Part shown: positions 11,861-25,850 of the stretch, in pieces
Layout of the letters: the number at the start of each line of letters is the position of its first letter
How positions within the stretch are numbered: the stretch's first letter is position 1
The notes under the pieces: model-generated
Told to the model about the DNA's origin: nothing
Database searches by the model: none
Seen by the model: the letters and a program-made list of their open reading frames with translations, nothing else
Position numbers and translations under genes: made by a program
DNA from: the human T2T-CHM13v2.0 reference genome, Homo sapiens
Reading direction: 5' to 3' (one strand)
Length of the DNA stretch: 64,000 nt
Assembly: GCF_009914755.1 (NCBI RefSeq)
Contig: NC_060936.1

Positions 11861-11894
<34 letters not shown>
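11861..11894. repeat. (CA)17 microsatellite
   Basis: Read directly. Confidence 0.95.
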
Positions 11895-11897
<3 letters not shown>

Positions 11898-11943
11898 ATA
11901 TGTATGTGTATAACATCACGCAGTAATACATTTTTCAAAGCTA

Positions 11944-12476
11944 CTTTTTTTCAACTTTTGGATTCGGAGAGGACATGTGCAGGTTGGTTACATGGGTATA
12001 TTGTGTGAGGCTGAGGTTTGGGGTACAGAGGATCCCATCACCCAGATAGTAAGCATAGTACCCAACAGGTAGCTTTTGAATCCATGCTCTTCTCCCCCTC
12101 TAGTAACCTCAGCGTCCATTGTTCTCATCTTTACGTCCATGTATACTCAATGTTTAGCTCCCATTTATAAGTGAGAATGCCTGGTATTTGGTTTTCTGTT
12201 CTTCTGTTAATTCACTTAGGATAATTCACTCCAGCTGCAATCCATGTTGCTGCAATGGATATGATTTTGTGCTTTTTAATGGTTGCATAGTATTCCATGG
12301 TGTATATGTACCACATTTTCTTTATCCAATCCACCATTGATGAGCACCTACATTGATCCCATGTTTTTGCTTTTGTGAATAGTGCTGTGATTAACATACA
12401 AGTGCATGTGTCTTTTTGGTAGAATGATTTATTTTCCTTTGTGTATATACCCAGTAATAGAATTGCTGGGTCGAAT
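11944..12476 (-). mobile_element. L1 3' end (L1PA15/16 to L1PB type)
   Basis: Antisense 3' UTR (catgtgcaggtt.gttacatgggtatattg...gctgaggtttgggg...cccatcacccag.tagt.agcatagtaccca); ORF 12212-12397 matches the ORF2 C-terminus (WIKKMWYIYTMEYY). Confidence 0.93.
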
Positions 12477-12714
12477 GCACTTTTGAAACCTATTCTCTGT
12501 TACTTGTTTTTCTAAAAATAGAAGCTGTGTCAAAATTACAAAAGAAATAAAATTCATAGAGTTAGAAAGTGTTAGCTGTAGGCATAAGTGGTCCTTCCTA
12601 TAGGTCAGGTCTACACACTTAGACTCCTCAAATGTTTATAGCAATTCTCATGTTGGCATTTGAATCCGTCTCCCCAGAACTAAGTAAAGAACATTTCTTA
12701 GTCCAAAATCACAC

Positions 12715-13885
12715 AGATTCAACAGTTATTTGACAAATATGTATTGAACATCTATTATGTTCTGGGCATTGCTTTTAAGTTCTACTGCTGTGATAAGACA
12801 GACATGATCACTGGCTGCATGAAATTTTCATTATGTAGAGGGAGAAAAGAGCAAGAAAAATAAGCAAAGAAACAAATATATACAATAATTAGAAAAGGTA
12901 GTCTGGGTGCAGTGGCTCACACCTATAATTCCAGCACTTTAGAAAGCTGAGGTGGAAGGATCGCCTGAGCCCAAGAGTTCAAGACCAGCCTGGGCAACAT
13001 AGTGAGACTCCATCTTAAATTTTTTTTTTAAAGCTGGGCATAGTGGCGTGCTCCTGTAGTTCCAGCTACTCAGGAGGCTGAGGTGGGAGGATCGCTTGAG
13101 TTTGGGAGTTTGGGAGGTCGAAACTGCAGTGAGCTGTGGTTGAACAGACCACAGCCTGGACAACAGAGTCCATGGAGACCCTGTCTCAAAAAAAAAAAAA
13201 AATGTGGTCCTGTTAAGGAAATAACTTGGGAGGCAAGACAGAAAATCACTGATGTGGGTGATCTATCTCAGTTAAAGTAGACACAGAAGGCTGCTCTGAT
13301 TTGAGACAAGAGGATGAAAAACAAAAAGAAGAGGGTTTAACATGGTAGGAACAGCAGGTGCCTAGGGTCTGGGGTATAAAAGGGTTTGATGTGTTTTACA
13401 ACCTGGCGGAATGCCAGTAAGGCTGTAACCAAATGAGTAAACCTGAGGAGGTATAAAGTGAGGTGGGAGAAGGATAGAGGGGCCAGATCACGACCTTGTG
13501 GGCCTTGTGGGCCAGGTCACAGTGTTCAGGAAACGACTGAATTTCATTCAAACTTCAGTGAAAAGCCACTGAGGATTCTAAGCCAAGGGGTGACATGGCC
13601 TACTTTATATGTTAAGAAAGTCTGTTACAAGTGGCCCATAGAGGGGTGATCATTGAAGGAGAAGACTGTCTAAGGGTGGCATTTGTCTAGGTGAGAGGTG
13701 GTGGCCTGGACTAGAATAGTGGCTTGCAGAGAAGAAGAGAATCAGATGCATTTGGATATATTTGGGAGGCAAAAAGGACAGGACTTGCTTATGGTTCAGA
13801 TGAAGCAAGAATAAAAAATGCTGCCTGGGTTTCTGGCTCCTGTGGACTGTGAGGACATTCGCTGCAAAGGCACCATGCTGGGGGA
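12715..13885 (-). mobile_element. L2, interrupted by an Alu
   Basis: attcaacag...tattgaacatctattatgttctgggcattg; gccagatcac...aagccactgaggattctaagc; ggacaggacttgct. Confidence 0.8.
12900..13202 (+). mobile_element. AluJ (Jo/Jr-like)
   Basis: ggatcgcctgagcccaagagttcaagaccagcctgggcaacatagtgaga; right arm ggaggatcgcttgag; poly(A). Confidence 0.92.
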
Positions 13886-14084
13886 TGAATTAAGAGGTCA
13901 GGTGCAGATTCCGGGAGTCATCTCTTCTGCAGCTTTCTAAACACCTCTGCTCCCTGCAATCAGAGCTGGTGCACCAAAGTCAACAGGTATGTCCAGCGTT
14001 TGGAAAATCCCAATGTTAATGTTGATTGTGATTTCTCAGTTGGTCTTTAGGGCATGACACATGGTAGAGGCAAGAAAAAACATA

Positions 14085-14700
14085 AAAATAGTCTAGCACT
14101 GAGTCCTTGAGCAACTACTATGTGCCTTGTGTGGTACTAAGTACTAAGGTGGAGAAGAAGGTTCAACAATTCTATTAATGAAGGCAATGCCAGGTGTCTA
14201 TGGAGCTTTGTCTGGGGGTGGAGACTACTTTCTGCCAGCAAGTGACTGAGGACTCCACAGAGATAGTGACATCTAAATTGAGGCTTAAAATTTGGGTAGA
14301 GGTTTTCCAAGTAAAAGCAGAGGGAACTCAATTTTCAGCAGCAGCAGCAGCAGGGGCAGAATATAGCAAGTTAGGGATGTGTGCAAGGATTTATCATGTT
14401 TATGGAGGGAGAGTTGTAGGTCAATATGGCTAGAGGGTAGAATGTGGTGGGGAGGGGACATGTGTGAGGATGGCACAGCCTGTGTGACCTGCTAACGGAT
14501 CAAATCTGTACCTTTTGTGAGATGGGAATCAATAAAGGCTTTTAAGCAGGGAATATGCCACAGTCAGGTTTGCATATTAGAAACACAGCTCTGGCTGGGG
14601 ATGGAGAATGGATTGGAGGGGGAAGTCAGGATAGAAGTTAGGGGGTCTAGTTAGGAGGCTAAAACAATAATTCAGAGGAAAGTTAACAAGAACCTAGAAA
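14085..14700 (-). mobile_element. L2 fragment
   Basis: tgagcaactactatgtgcc...tttaagcaggga...tcaggtttgcatattagaaa...ctctggctg...ggagaatggattggagg. Confidence 0.75.
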
Positions 14701-14704
14701 CACT

Positions 14705-14935
14705 AATGATAATAATTATAGCTCACAGCTCCATGGTGCATCCTCTGTTCTGAATGTATTATATACATTGATAATTCAGTCCTCACAACACTCCTACAAG
14801 GTCAGTTCTATTTACTACTTATTTACAGATTAGAAAATTGTGCTGTAGAGAAGTAAAATAATTTGCCAAGGTCACACTCCACTTAGGAAGTGGTAGAGCA
14901 GGGATTTGATCTCAGACAGTCTGATTCACAGCTAA
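14705..14935 (-). mobile_element. MIR
   Basis: tcctcacaacactcctacaagg...tttacagattagaaa...atttgccaaggtcacac...gtggtagagcagggatttga. Confidence 0.85.
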
Positions 14936-15289
14936 GTTATGAAGAGTGGCCCAAGAGAGGAGATGATGATAAGCGGCAGGGAGAACTGACAGTATTTGTT
15001 GACTCAATATAGAGGTAGGTGGGTGATGGTAAAGGAGAGAGAGGAATCCGAGAGACCCTGAAGGCTGTGATTTGGGTGCTGGGGTAGGTGGGGCTAGAGA
15101 CAGCATCATTTCATCTTTTGTGCTGCGTACAGAGCAGCAACTTGATAGAGCCTGCCCTGCCACTTGTGTGGCATTAAGAGAACCCGTGTCATCCTGTTTT
15201 TCAGTTTGATCTGTGCACATGGGGGTTTCCTAGCCAGGGTTGGCATGCATATGAGTAATGTGAAGACTTCGCTGGAATGTCACAGGGAT

Positions 15290-15560
15290 TACGATCCTGC
15301 CCTTCTGACCTCCCAGGGATACTGTGAGCAACAAATGAGATAATGAGAGGCAGCCCGGCAGAGTGGGAAGCCAGAGGCTTGAGCTCAAGTGCACTTCCTG
15401 TTTCTGAACCCTTGTGGGAAGTCAGCTAATGACACGGAGCCTCAGTTTCCCCACTGGTGAAATAAAAGTCATTCTTCTCCTGATGACCACAGGGGGCTGC
15501 TGTGAAAGGAGTTCAGGATGTCACTGGGTGGATGCACTTTGTAAATGATTGGATACTTCA
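15290..15560 (+). mobile_element. MIR fragments
   Basis: ctgtgagcaacaaatgagataatg; gagcctcagtttccccactggtgaaat. Confidence 0.6.
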
Positions 15561-15749
15561 CAAGCAAGCACGGGAGTGGTTACTGTGCTGATAACTACAT
15601 GCCAGTGGAAAAATGAGCTGTACTGGGAGTGTATGACATCTAGGCAAATCATTTTCATTGATAAACATGTCTATAGTTATCAAACAAAAGCGATATATTG
15701 ACCCATATTTTCAAATAATGCTCTGAAATCAGTGAACTTTCAAAAAAAA

Positions 15750-15997
15750 GTTATTTTTTATTGATATATAATAGATATACATATTTTCAGGGTACATATG
15801 ATAATTTAATATGTTCATATAATTTGTAAAGATCAAATCAGTGTAATTGGGCTATCCATCACCTTAAATATTTATCTTTTCTTTATGCTACAAACATTAA
15901 AATTATTCTCTTCCAGCTATTTTGAAATATACAATAGATTATCATAAACTATAGTCACCCTACTGACTTATGAAACATCAGGTCTTATTTCTTCTAA
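15750..15997 (-). mobile_element. L1MA 3' end
   Basis: ttattgatatataatag...catattttcagggtacat...atcaaatcagtgtaattgg..tatccatcacc...agctattttgaaatatacaa...ctatagtcaccctactg. Confidence 0.9.
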
Positions 15998-16124
15998 TTT
16001 CTTAAAACATCATTGAACTTTTAAGCCTTGAAAAGAGATAGGATGTATTAAATGTCTTTAATGTAGTAAATACATAAAGTGTCCTTAATCTATTAAATCT
16101 CTTTGTGGCATCCCCAGCCAGGAA

Positions 16125-16845
16125 TCCATTCATTTCACAAGTATTTTTTAACCATTGGTGGGGACACAGAAATGAGTAATTCAGAAACACCCCCAATTAA
16201 TGAGGTTGCATTTTAGTGAGAGAAGCGAGGCAAGAAATGAACAAATAATCAAATACATAAGGTATCTAATTTCAGATTGTGTTAAGTACTATGAAGGAAA
16301 TAGGATGATGAGAAAAGAGCAGCAGCTACTTTACATGGGTGGTCAGAGCAAGAAGCTGGAAGCTACGAAGAAAAGCTATGCTCAGGAAGAAAACATTCTG
16401 GGCATAGAGATGACTCGTGCCAAGACCCTTAGCTAGGAACAAATGTGCCCTATTCAAGAAACAAGAAGGCCAGTGTCTCTGTAGTGCTGTAAGTGAGAGG
16501 AGCAGTGATAATAAATGAGTCTGAAGGTGGCAGGGGCCAGATCATTTAGGATGTGGTAGAGTTTGATTTATTCTAGGTGCAATAGGAAAGCCATTGGAGG
16601 GTTTGAAGCAGGACAACGTCATTTGAGTGAAGGTTCTCAAAACTCCCTTCTGCTACTGGGTGAAGACAGGACAGAGATGGGGCAACAGTGAGCAGGGCAA
16701 GACCACTTATGAGATGGTCAGCTGGGACAAAGGGGATAAGGGTGGAGAGAAGTTTGAAATATGTCTGGGGATAGAGCCAAAAGGACTTGCTGATGGATTA
16801 GATGTAGGTAATGAGTGAGGGGCTGAGAATGGCTCCTGGATTTTG
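16125..16845 (-). mobile_element. L2 fragment
   Basis: ccattcatttcacaagtatt...gaaggccagtgt...ggcaggggccagatcat...aagccattggagggtttgaagcag...ggacttgctgatggattagatgt. Confidence 0.85.
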
Positions 16846-17329
16846 ACGACATAAAAGGAAACTCTTGGATCAACTGTGCACTCCAGATTCTCATAGGTTA
16901 GTGCTCTCTTATGAGACTGAAATCAACGGGGACCTTGTATTTGTCCACACTCACGATAGTTCTGTCATGAAAGGAAGCAAGATCTGCTCAGACCAACAGT
17001 TTTTAAAACATTACGAGCTAGAGATGGACAAAAGAAATAAGAAAAGTTAAGGAGTAGAAGTAGGAAGAATGTTCTTGTTTCTTTCCCACTTGTCTTTTCA
17101 TCGAGACTACTTAATGCTCTAATAATTCCTCTTCCTATTAAAACCAGAAGTTTAAAGAAAGCCCTAGAACATTGATTCTTACATCCATTTAAATACAGGC
17201 TGTTACTTCTCTTACCATGCCTTTTCTGAGGTTATCCAGCTATGCTGGGCCATGGAGGAATCATGAATGGAAGGAGGGTGAAGAGCCACTTATGGAGATG
17301 GGAGAGAAGCCAGGATTTACACTAAAGAA

Positions 17330-17720
<391 letters not shown>

Positions 17721-19108
17721 CTAGAAGAAAAGCTTCTATAAGAAGATCCCAGCGTTTCATCTCGGCAGTCTGCAGCTCTGCCTCAAGTTAACCCTGAAAC
17801 AAGAAATCAGGCTTAGGGGAGCATTTATTTCAAGGTTTCATAATCTCATGTTTGACAGCAGCTGGTGGTACAAAGTGTGGAGTCTACTGGATGGATCCGA
17901 TTATATACCAGATGGTTCTGTTTTCAAATTTACTCCAAATGTTCAGATGCTTTTTCACTAAATTCATATTTCCCATCTGATATTACCCCCTGGGGCTGAA
18001 CTTTAATATGGGTTGTAGTTTGTAAGGTTTTTGTTATTCTTTTTGATCTTCCAATAGAAAGAGAATTCCTAAACACCACCATGCATTCACAGGGGCTGAA
18101 CAATGTCTATACATGAATGAATGCAGCAGGATTGTTCTCTGAGGCAGGTCTTGCCTCCATCATACCTCCTGCCAGAAGTGGACTCAGATATGCCCTATTT
18201 GGAGAAGCCTCGAAACCCAGCTCCAATGACCTTGAGATCTGAACAACGTGTTCCTTCCCCTAGGCAGCATATGTTAGCACATAAAAATTCTTAGTAGCAA
18301 ATTAAAACTTCTTTAGCGGAGAATAAAGGCACTAAGTAACTGTGTTACTGGCCTATTATGTGTCTCTAATTGTGTCACCTCGTTCCTCAGTAGGGTTTTC
18401 CGTTCATTATTTCCAGGTCCTTTTCCCACTGCTGTGCACTAATGGTCTTCCTATTCTTCCTCTGCACTCCAGCTGCCTACAGCTGTCAGCCACCCACTCC
18501 AGCCTTGCCTTTCTAGTGTTTTCATCTTCCTGCCAGCATTACAAAATTTAACTTATAACAAAAAATGTTTTCTGAGTCTCCTTTTCTTTATGAATTTCTG
18601 GTTTCTTTCACCATTTAGAAACCTCTAATTCTCCAAGCACCTGTTCTGGTTACTTCTTTTGACAATCTGGCCTTTTCTGTCCCCAAGTGCATGATTCTAG
18701 TGGACTGAGGAAAGAAAAGAAAGGCCTGGGCAGGGAGAATGTACCCTGGAGGTTGGCTGGTGCTGGGCGACAGGGTGCTTATTTGGTGACCCTAGTGCTG
18801 AGCCATCGTGTGGGTACCTCTGAGCCACCATTCACATAGAAAATAAGGTGGATGGTAACCTGGGAAGCTGCAAGACAATGAGGCTGGTGCCCCCTGGAGT
18901 TGGACAAAGCAATGGCTCTCCCACCAATGAGCTGTGAGACTGGCATTCACTTCACATCTCTGGAATTCCATTTTCTCATCTGTTGAAGAAAATTTGTATG
19001 TAATGACTACTAAGATCATTTCTACAGCTGTTTCTAAGGCCATTATGATGAACAGACCCACTCCCTGTTCTCTGCATGTGTTCCTGTTATGTAAATACAA
19101 GGTACATT

Positions 19109-19290
19109 CACATACAGCTACGTAATTTGTGGGTGCCAGTGCAAAATGGAAATGTGGGGCAGGGCCCCTTGCTCAGTGATGATTGGAAATTTTAAGACAT
19201 TGACTGCAGAGCATCAAACCAATTATGAGGCCCTTCTGGGCCTGGGACCTTGTGTGACTGCACAGGTTGCACACCCATGAAGCTGGCCCG
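19109..19290 (-). mobile_element. MER45A (hAT-Tip100)
   Basis: gctacgtaatttgtggg..ccagtgcaaaatg...gcagagcat.aaaccaa...ggcccttct...tgtgtgactgcacaggttgcac.cccatgaagc.ggccc. Confidence 0.85.
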
Positions 19291-21142
19291 ATGCTGCTTC
19301 TGCTATGTAACCATATATAGCCTCCTGAGCAAGGTCATGCCCATATGGGAAGGTATGGTTTTCTCAGAAAGGAGAAGCCATTTCCTGAGTCAACCAGATG
19401 ACTAACAGATAGGTTCTCAGATAGTAAAAAATAGGTCTTAAGCTTCTTTGTCCTAGTTTTAGTCCCTTGAGTCTAGACATGGAGGAACCTGTGTCTCTGG
19501 ATAGTTCTGGTTTCAATATGATGCCCAGCATTTGCGGGCAGGCCTGAAACTTGGATAGGTTGAGGTCTGTGACCATGGAAGGTAGGTAATATTTGTAAAG
19601 TAGGTTCTCTAATGTTATATTATTTTCTGGGTTTATTTCTATGCAAAAACAGAAAAGGTATTATTCAGTAGAATTATTCATAGAAATACACTGTACCTAG
19701 ATGGAAGAAATTCTCTGGCAAATTTCCAGTGGAGGAGGCTGAGATCCCAAGGGCACATTTAAGTAGCAGAAGATGATTGCTAAACTGCTATGTGTGAGGC
19801 AAGGAAAGGAGCTTGTATGGATCCAGAAGGGATAAGGGGGTGAGAGGACTGGAAGGACAGAGAGATGAGAGAGAGCTGGGGAGCCAGAACATTGGCATTT
19901 CTTGGAGAGGGGCAAAAGGAAGAGATGCCCCGTGGCCCAAAATGAGAAGGGGATTTTGGGATAACAGATGTTCAAGAAGAGATTTTTCATTCGTTTGATA
20001 TATATGATATAAGTCCTCACTTCCTCTGGATTCCCATATTAAATTTTTAGTAGAGTCTAGATTGTGCGGTACTGTATTGTGTATGTGTGTGTGTGTATGA
20101 GCCTTTTTTGGAAGTGTGAATAGACGCTGATTTCTTGTGTACTGTTAGAGTCAATGCAGAAGCAAAGACTGCATCTGTGAACAGGATACCAGGCAGGAGG
20201 AACCCAAGGCTGCAGGATCCTGACAAATTTCTGGACTTCCGTAGGGGGCCGTGGTAATAGTAATTGGTGATGGAGGGGGCAAAGCAGGTGGTTTAAATGA
20301 ATTTTTTTTCTAGAACACAGGGATAGGGAGGATTCCCACTTACATCAGCTCTTTATTTCCTTTTGTTATTACTGAGCCTTTAGAAAGGTCTTGTTTAAAC
20401 ATTCCAGCTTGGTCTGAAGCTGTAGTGCAGACTATTTAGGGAAGGTTCATGTGTCCATACTTGGACCAGAAAGTGAAAGTGGTGGGGGGAGACGGAGGAG
20501 TGCCCTCTGCTCTTCCCTAGGCTACCATAGCAGTGGTAATTGTTCTTAGTGAGAGATGTTCACAGGATGGTGAACGTGAATTTTTGGAACAAGCACCATG
20601 GTTGTAAGATTCAATATCCCTACCCCCACTCCAATATGAAGATTCTCTCTCCATTGCTATTCTTGAAACCTCTAGGGTTTTATGTTTTTTTTTAAAAAGA
20701 CATATAATGTCCTTTGATCCATCTGTTTTGTATTCATCTATTTCACATGTTTGCAGTTTGGGAACCATAATAAGGGCTGTAATTTTGGGCAGAGATATTT
20801 CTGAGCATTCTGAAATTTTATAAATCTTAAATCACACTATGATACATGTCTGTGGAAGCTTCCCCCTAAAATAGAAATGCTGTTATAGATCCTACAGTGT
20901 TAATATTTTAAAAAGTTGATAAATGAGTAAAAATGCAATTTAGTCATTAAAATTTTAAAAATTCTGTTCATGCTTCTTATCTTCCCAGTTACATTCCCAG
21001 AACTCATTTTCCTACTGTATTGAACATGCACTTTATTGATAGCTTCTTCAATCTGTGGAAGATGACATTTCAGGGGACCAAATGAATGGGATCTTTGGTA
21101 TACAGAAAAGTACCATCCCTAATAAGTAATTTCTTAAGAATA

Positions 21143-21400
21143 ATGTTTCAGTCAAGGTTCCATGGCTGCAGAGAACAGAAACTCACAGAAACTAGTTGAA
21201 ATATAAGGAAAAACGTTATGGACCTCCAAGGACAGAAAATGAGTAGTCGTCTTACCTGGATATGGGAATTGGATACTTAGAAGCTAAGACAAGACCCTCT
21301 GAGACAATGCCTTCCATCTCTCACTGGCTTGGGTGAAAAGAACTACCTTTCAAGTTCCTATCTTGATCCATTGATGTTTTTCTCTCAACCTTCTTCTCCC
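21143..21400 (-). mobile_element. Old MLT1 fragment
   Basis: tcagtcaaggttccatggctgcagagaacagaaactcac, a reverse MLT1 3' end. Confidence 0.5.
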
Positions 21401-22061
21401 AGATAACATCATGTCCCCATGGTGGTCTGTGGTTGACAACAGCACTATATGTCTGAATTATCTACTGGATGTGTTCTGAGGAGGTCACTGAACTGTGTAG
21501 TAATAGCTAGAGTGCGCAGATTTGCTTGTGGTGGGTTGATATGGGGAGGGTGTTGGCAGAGCTGAAGCCTTGTACTTTAGGAGATAGGGGAACTTTATCA
21601 GTTCCTGAGGAAGATAGGACAGAATTTGCTGAAAGAACCCATGTATCGTCTGTCTGAGATTGAGCAGATAAAGAAATTGAAGAGAAAAGAGTTTTTTATT
21701 TTATGTATCTAGATTTTTGTACTTTGAGCTTTATAAGGGGACTTTGAGGTTTAACATTTGGGCTTTCATATCATTGGGCATTGATAATTAGAGGGAATTT
21801 ATATTCTATAATTTTGGGACAGTCTTCATTGTATTAGTTGGTTTCATTGTTATAACCTCTGGCAAGCTCTACTGGATCATGTGACTGGGTCTGGTTAGAG
21901 ATGGGAAATAGAATTGAGAGTGATTCTTTGGCTTATGAGGAAATTGGCCCTGGAAGAAAGAAATTTCCTTTTCCAACCCAGAGAACTCTCGGGGTAACAG
22001 TTGAATGGCTCACTCCAGAGATCCAGGACAGGATAGCGACAGTGGCAGGTATCCTGAAAGG

Positions 22062-22185
22062 AGGGTGGGCAACTGTCCCAGATTGCCCAGGACTGAGGGG
22101 TTCCAGGGATGTGGGGCTTGCAGTGCTAAAATTGCAAATATTCCAGGTACATCCCTGGCAAATAGGGTGACAATTGCTCACCCTA
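22062..22185 (-). mobile_element. MER81 (hAT-Blackjack MITE)
   Basis: TIRs agggtg...caccct; internal tgtccc.g.ttgccc.ggactgagggg...cagtgctaaaa. Confidence 0.85.
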
Positions 22186-22329
22186 CCCAAAAATGGGGGC
22201 AGACTGGCTCTGAAACATGACTGGGCTTTTTCTCCTGAGTGGTGGTGATGAGGAAGAAGAGGGAGAGATGGCCTCCTCTGGTTGTCCACAGGCCCCTGGT
22301 TGTTAAGGCTCTTACTTTCTTGTAACCTG

Positions 22330-22575
22330 GGTCCCAATGTGGTTGGACTTCTTACATGGTGGCTGATTTTTTAAAGGGAGAAAACAGAAGTGGCCAGTTC
22401 TCCAAGGGTTCCAACATGTGACTTCCACCACATTCTTTTGGTCAAAGCAGACACAAGGCCAGTCTGAATTCAAGGGGGAAAGAAACAGTCTCCTATTTCT
22501 TGCTAGATGGAGCAGCATATACATACAGTGGGAGAAGGTCTTGGTGATGGCCATCTTTGGAGACTCTCTGCTATG
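22330..22575 (-). mobile_element. MLT1 LTR fragment
   Basis: cttcttacatggtggct...tgacttccaccacattcttttggtcaaagca...ggcca.tctgaattcaagggg...ggccatctttgga. Confidence 0.8.
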
Positions 22576-22624
22576 AATATTTTTTGGAAATTATGAGGCA
22601 CATAAGAATATAAAATATTAATGT

Positions 22625-24500
22625 CATAAGAGCCCATTATGAGGCAAGTTCTCTCTACCCTGAGCTAAGTCAGATAGTTTCTGTTTCTAAGAACTTACAT
22701 TCTAGAAGAGACAGATGTGCAAGTATCTGCATGCTGCAATACAGCGTGAAGTATGTGTCTGTGTATATACACACATATGTATATATAACATGTATGTGCG
22801 AAGTATTACGTAAGTTAATAGAAAATAGTGATTTTTTTTTCTATTTGGGGTTCGTAGAAAATTATCAGACTTCACAGATGATTGAAGGGATTTGAAGGAT
22901 GAATATGAGTTTATGTGGCATACAAGAAGGGTAATAGTATACCAGGCACAGAGAAATTGTGTGTGGAGTTTCAGGAATTTACAAGTGCATGATTTGCACT
23001 ATATGACTGGAGTGTGAATTTCAGTGGAGTGTGAGTGGAGTGTGAGATTGAATTGAAGGAGCAGGCTGGGAACATAACAAGGAGAACCTTGTCTGTTGTG
23101 TTGTAGACTTGATTTATTTTAAAATGAGGGAGTGATTTATTAAATTTATTTTTTAATGTTTACTCTGGCAGCAGTAAATAATAATAATAATAATAAACAA
23201 TACTTAATGAAAATTTACTATTTACTAGGCACTGTTGTGCATACTGTAAAGCCATTTGATATTATAAAAACCCTATGGGGAAGATTACTATTATCATCCC
23301 CATTTTACAGCCCAGGAAACTTAGGCACAGAGAAGACAAGTCACTTGCTTAATATCACTTGATTGATAAAGACTTGTGCCTAAATTTGAACCAAGGCAGT
23401 CTGTCCCCTTAACTACTATGCCATACTGTCATCCACTTACTTTACGGCAGATTGTTTGGTGTAAGAAGAGGCTGAAGATGTTCCTTCCACTTAGGAGACC
23501 ACTGAAATAATTCAGATGGGTGTGGTGATATCCTGAAAACAGGAAGCAGTAGTAGAAAGAAGAGATGCAGTTGAATCCCAAAGCTGTTAAAGGAATATAG
23601 ATAATAGAATTCAGTGAACAATTATATATGGAGGGTAGAGAAAGACAAATTGAGGATGACTTCAAAGTTTCTGGTTTAGGTGAGCTGGTGAATATCAGTA
23701 CCCATCATCATGAATAAGAAATGGAAGAGGATAGTTTGGTTTGCATGGAAAGACAAAGTTCATTTTGACAGAGTTTGAAGTGCTCATCAGACATCTGAGG
23801 AGTGGTGTGTGGGAGACAGTTGGAAAGAAGGATAGATTCAATGGAACAGGGAGTTTCAAGGAAGCAGTGGGCCCCAGTGCCAAATGGATTAGGAAGGTCA
23901 AGTAAGGTAAGGCGTGTGGAGCTACCACTGGATCTGTAAATACAGAGGTCAGCGTGACCTTGACAAGAACAGAGTCATTGGAAGGGTGGCTGGCAGCCAG
24001 ACTGCTGTGGGTGAGGAAAGGAGGAAGTAAAATCAGCAAGGGGTGGCCTAGATTTCCAAGAATTTGCCTGGGAAGGGAGGGAGAGAGGGAGAGCAGGAGC
24101 TGCATGGAGATGGAGGAGAGAGAGGGGACATTTGTTGATGTATTTGCTTTTTTTCTTTCTTTCTTTTTTTTTTTTTAAAGAATGTGTGGTGTTTTGTTTT
24201 GTTTTTTTATGAGGTGAGAGAATCAGAGGAGAGAGGGAGGCTCAAGATTTAAAAAGAAGAGGAGCACTATTAATGGACCTAAGTGCCTAAGGGCAGCTAA
24301 ACAAAGGACAAGTGGAAGGATTAACTTTAGAGGACATTTATTCTTTGAAAATAGCAGAGAGGAAGATAACAATGTTTAGAGAAATGGGCATATTTGCAGT
24401 CATGTGTGTGGGGTAGGAAACTGAAAAAATTTCGTAATTATCTCAAAGAAGCACTAGCAAAAATCATTTGCCCAAGGAGAAGAGGGCTAGGAAACGAGTG
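22625..24500 (-). mobile_element. Long decayed L2 (3' end into the RT region), interrupted by a MIR
   Basis: gaggatgacttcaaagtttctgg...gagtttgaagtgc...ctaccactggatct...gaggtca..gtgaccttgacaaga; minus ORF 23695-24105 has HPSNDSVLVKVT, similar to L2 RT HSTETALVKVT. Confidence 0.75.
23180..23428 (-). mobile_element. MIR
   Basis: attatcatccccattttacagcccaggaaacttaggcacagaga...tttgaaccaaggcagtctg. Confidence 0.85.
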
Positions 24501-25075
24501 AGACGGTGGAGGTTGGAATACCACTTTGGTAATCAGGGGGTAGAAGGGAAATTACATTCATGGAGAATTCACTATGTGTTAAGCACTGTGCTAGATCCTC
24601 ATGCATAATAGTATTGGTAATAATAAATAATAGTTGAGGTTAGAACCCTTTGAATTCTTTGTAAAAAGTTGGTGCTCCATAAATATTTATTGAGTGATTG
24701 CAGTTTGCTTTATCGGCCCAGTTTGCAGGTAGGTCCCTCCTCTGATTCAATCAGTGAATATTAACTGAAAGTCTACTGTGAAAAAAATCCTGATTCTAGA
24801 AGCAGGGAGGAGGAAATGTGTGTCTTGGGAAGCTTAAGACAGTCCCTGCTCTCTAGGAACTTTCAGGATAAATGCTGAGACATCAGTTACTTTTATCCTT
24901 CCTTCCCCAGTGTCTCAAGATCCTGGGGGATATCCAGCATCTCGAATAGAATCTCAGATGACTTTGACCCCAGTTGTACACAGTTCATATAGTGGCTCTG
25001 GGTTCTATTACTATGACACCACCTCCCAGCAGTGGCTGTGAAGTTGCCTCGAGAAACATTCCTAATCCCAGGCCA

Positions 25076-25235
25076 CTGGTTCTCACTGTGCGGCTCCCAA
25101 CCCAGAGCATCAGTATCTTGTTTGAAGTGCAAATTCTCAGCCCTCACTCAGGAACTCTGGGGGATATAGCCTAGCAGTGTGTGTTTTCACAAGCCTTCCC
25201 AGTGACTGATGCTCACTCAAATTTGAGAATCACTT
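25076..25235. mobile_element. MER5A-type MITE
   Basis: cactggttctca...gcatcagtatc...tgcaaattctcagccc...gtgttttcacaagcc...aatttgagaatcact. Confidence 0.8.
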
Positions 25236-25611
25236 CCATCGACCAGGGCTGTCATGGTCTTGGCTGATCTCACGTCATTATAGGGACCTTTCTTGTGTGT
25301 TTGATACCAGTGCTTAGCATAGACATATAATAAATGTTCCTTGAAATCACTGGCCTTGATCAGGGCTGTGCATATGTGTGTATGGGTGTTGAGGAAAGGG
25401 TGCAAAGGAGAAGATCAGAGAGGGGAGGGGCATGCAGTTTTTGTCTTCTCCCTTTTCTCAGTGGGAAGAACATTGTGCTGAGAGCAGGTTGGTAACTTGG
25501 AGTAGAAAGATAGACAGACTTCTAGAATTGGCATGGAGCTTGGCAATGACTGAGACCAATGATTTGTAACTTCTTTTGGAGTGATAGATCTTTTGGGGAA
25601 TAATAGTGTTG

Positions 25612-25850
25612 ATGATAGTTATGATTATAGTTATTTATTGAGTGATTACTATGTACCAGCACCATGTGTTACGAATGTTATCACATTTAATCCTCATCAA
25701 TAGGCTGTAGTTTATCTTCATTTACCAATAAAAAAAAAAAGATGAGCTTAAATAGCTTTCCCAAAGTCACACAACTGGTAAGTGGTAGAGCTGGGTTTCA
25801 GATTTGAGATTTCTTTGTCTCTAGGCACTGAAACCACCAAGTCAGAGTGC
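25612..25850 (-). mobile_element. MIR
   Basis: tttattgagtgattactatgtaccag...catttaatcctca...ccaaagtcacacaactggtaagtggtagagctggg. Confidence 0.85.

Noticed and set aside
11523-12008. 161-aa ORF with HTHTHT tracts
   Set aside because: Translation of two (CA)n microsatellites and an L1 end.
15484-15500. CTCF-like accacagggggctg
   Set aside because: Mismatches at key 5' positions and lies within a MIR fragment; not supportable without ChIP data.
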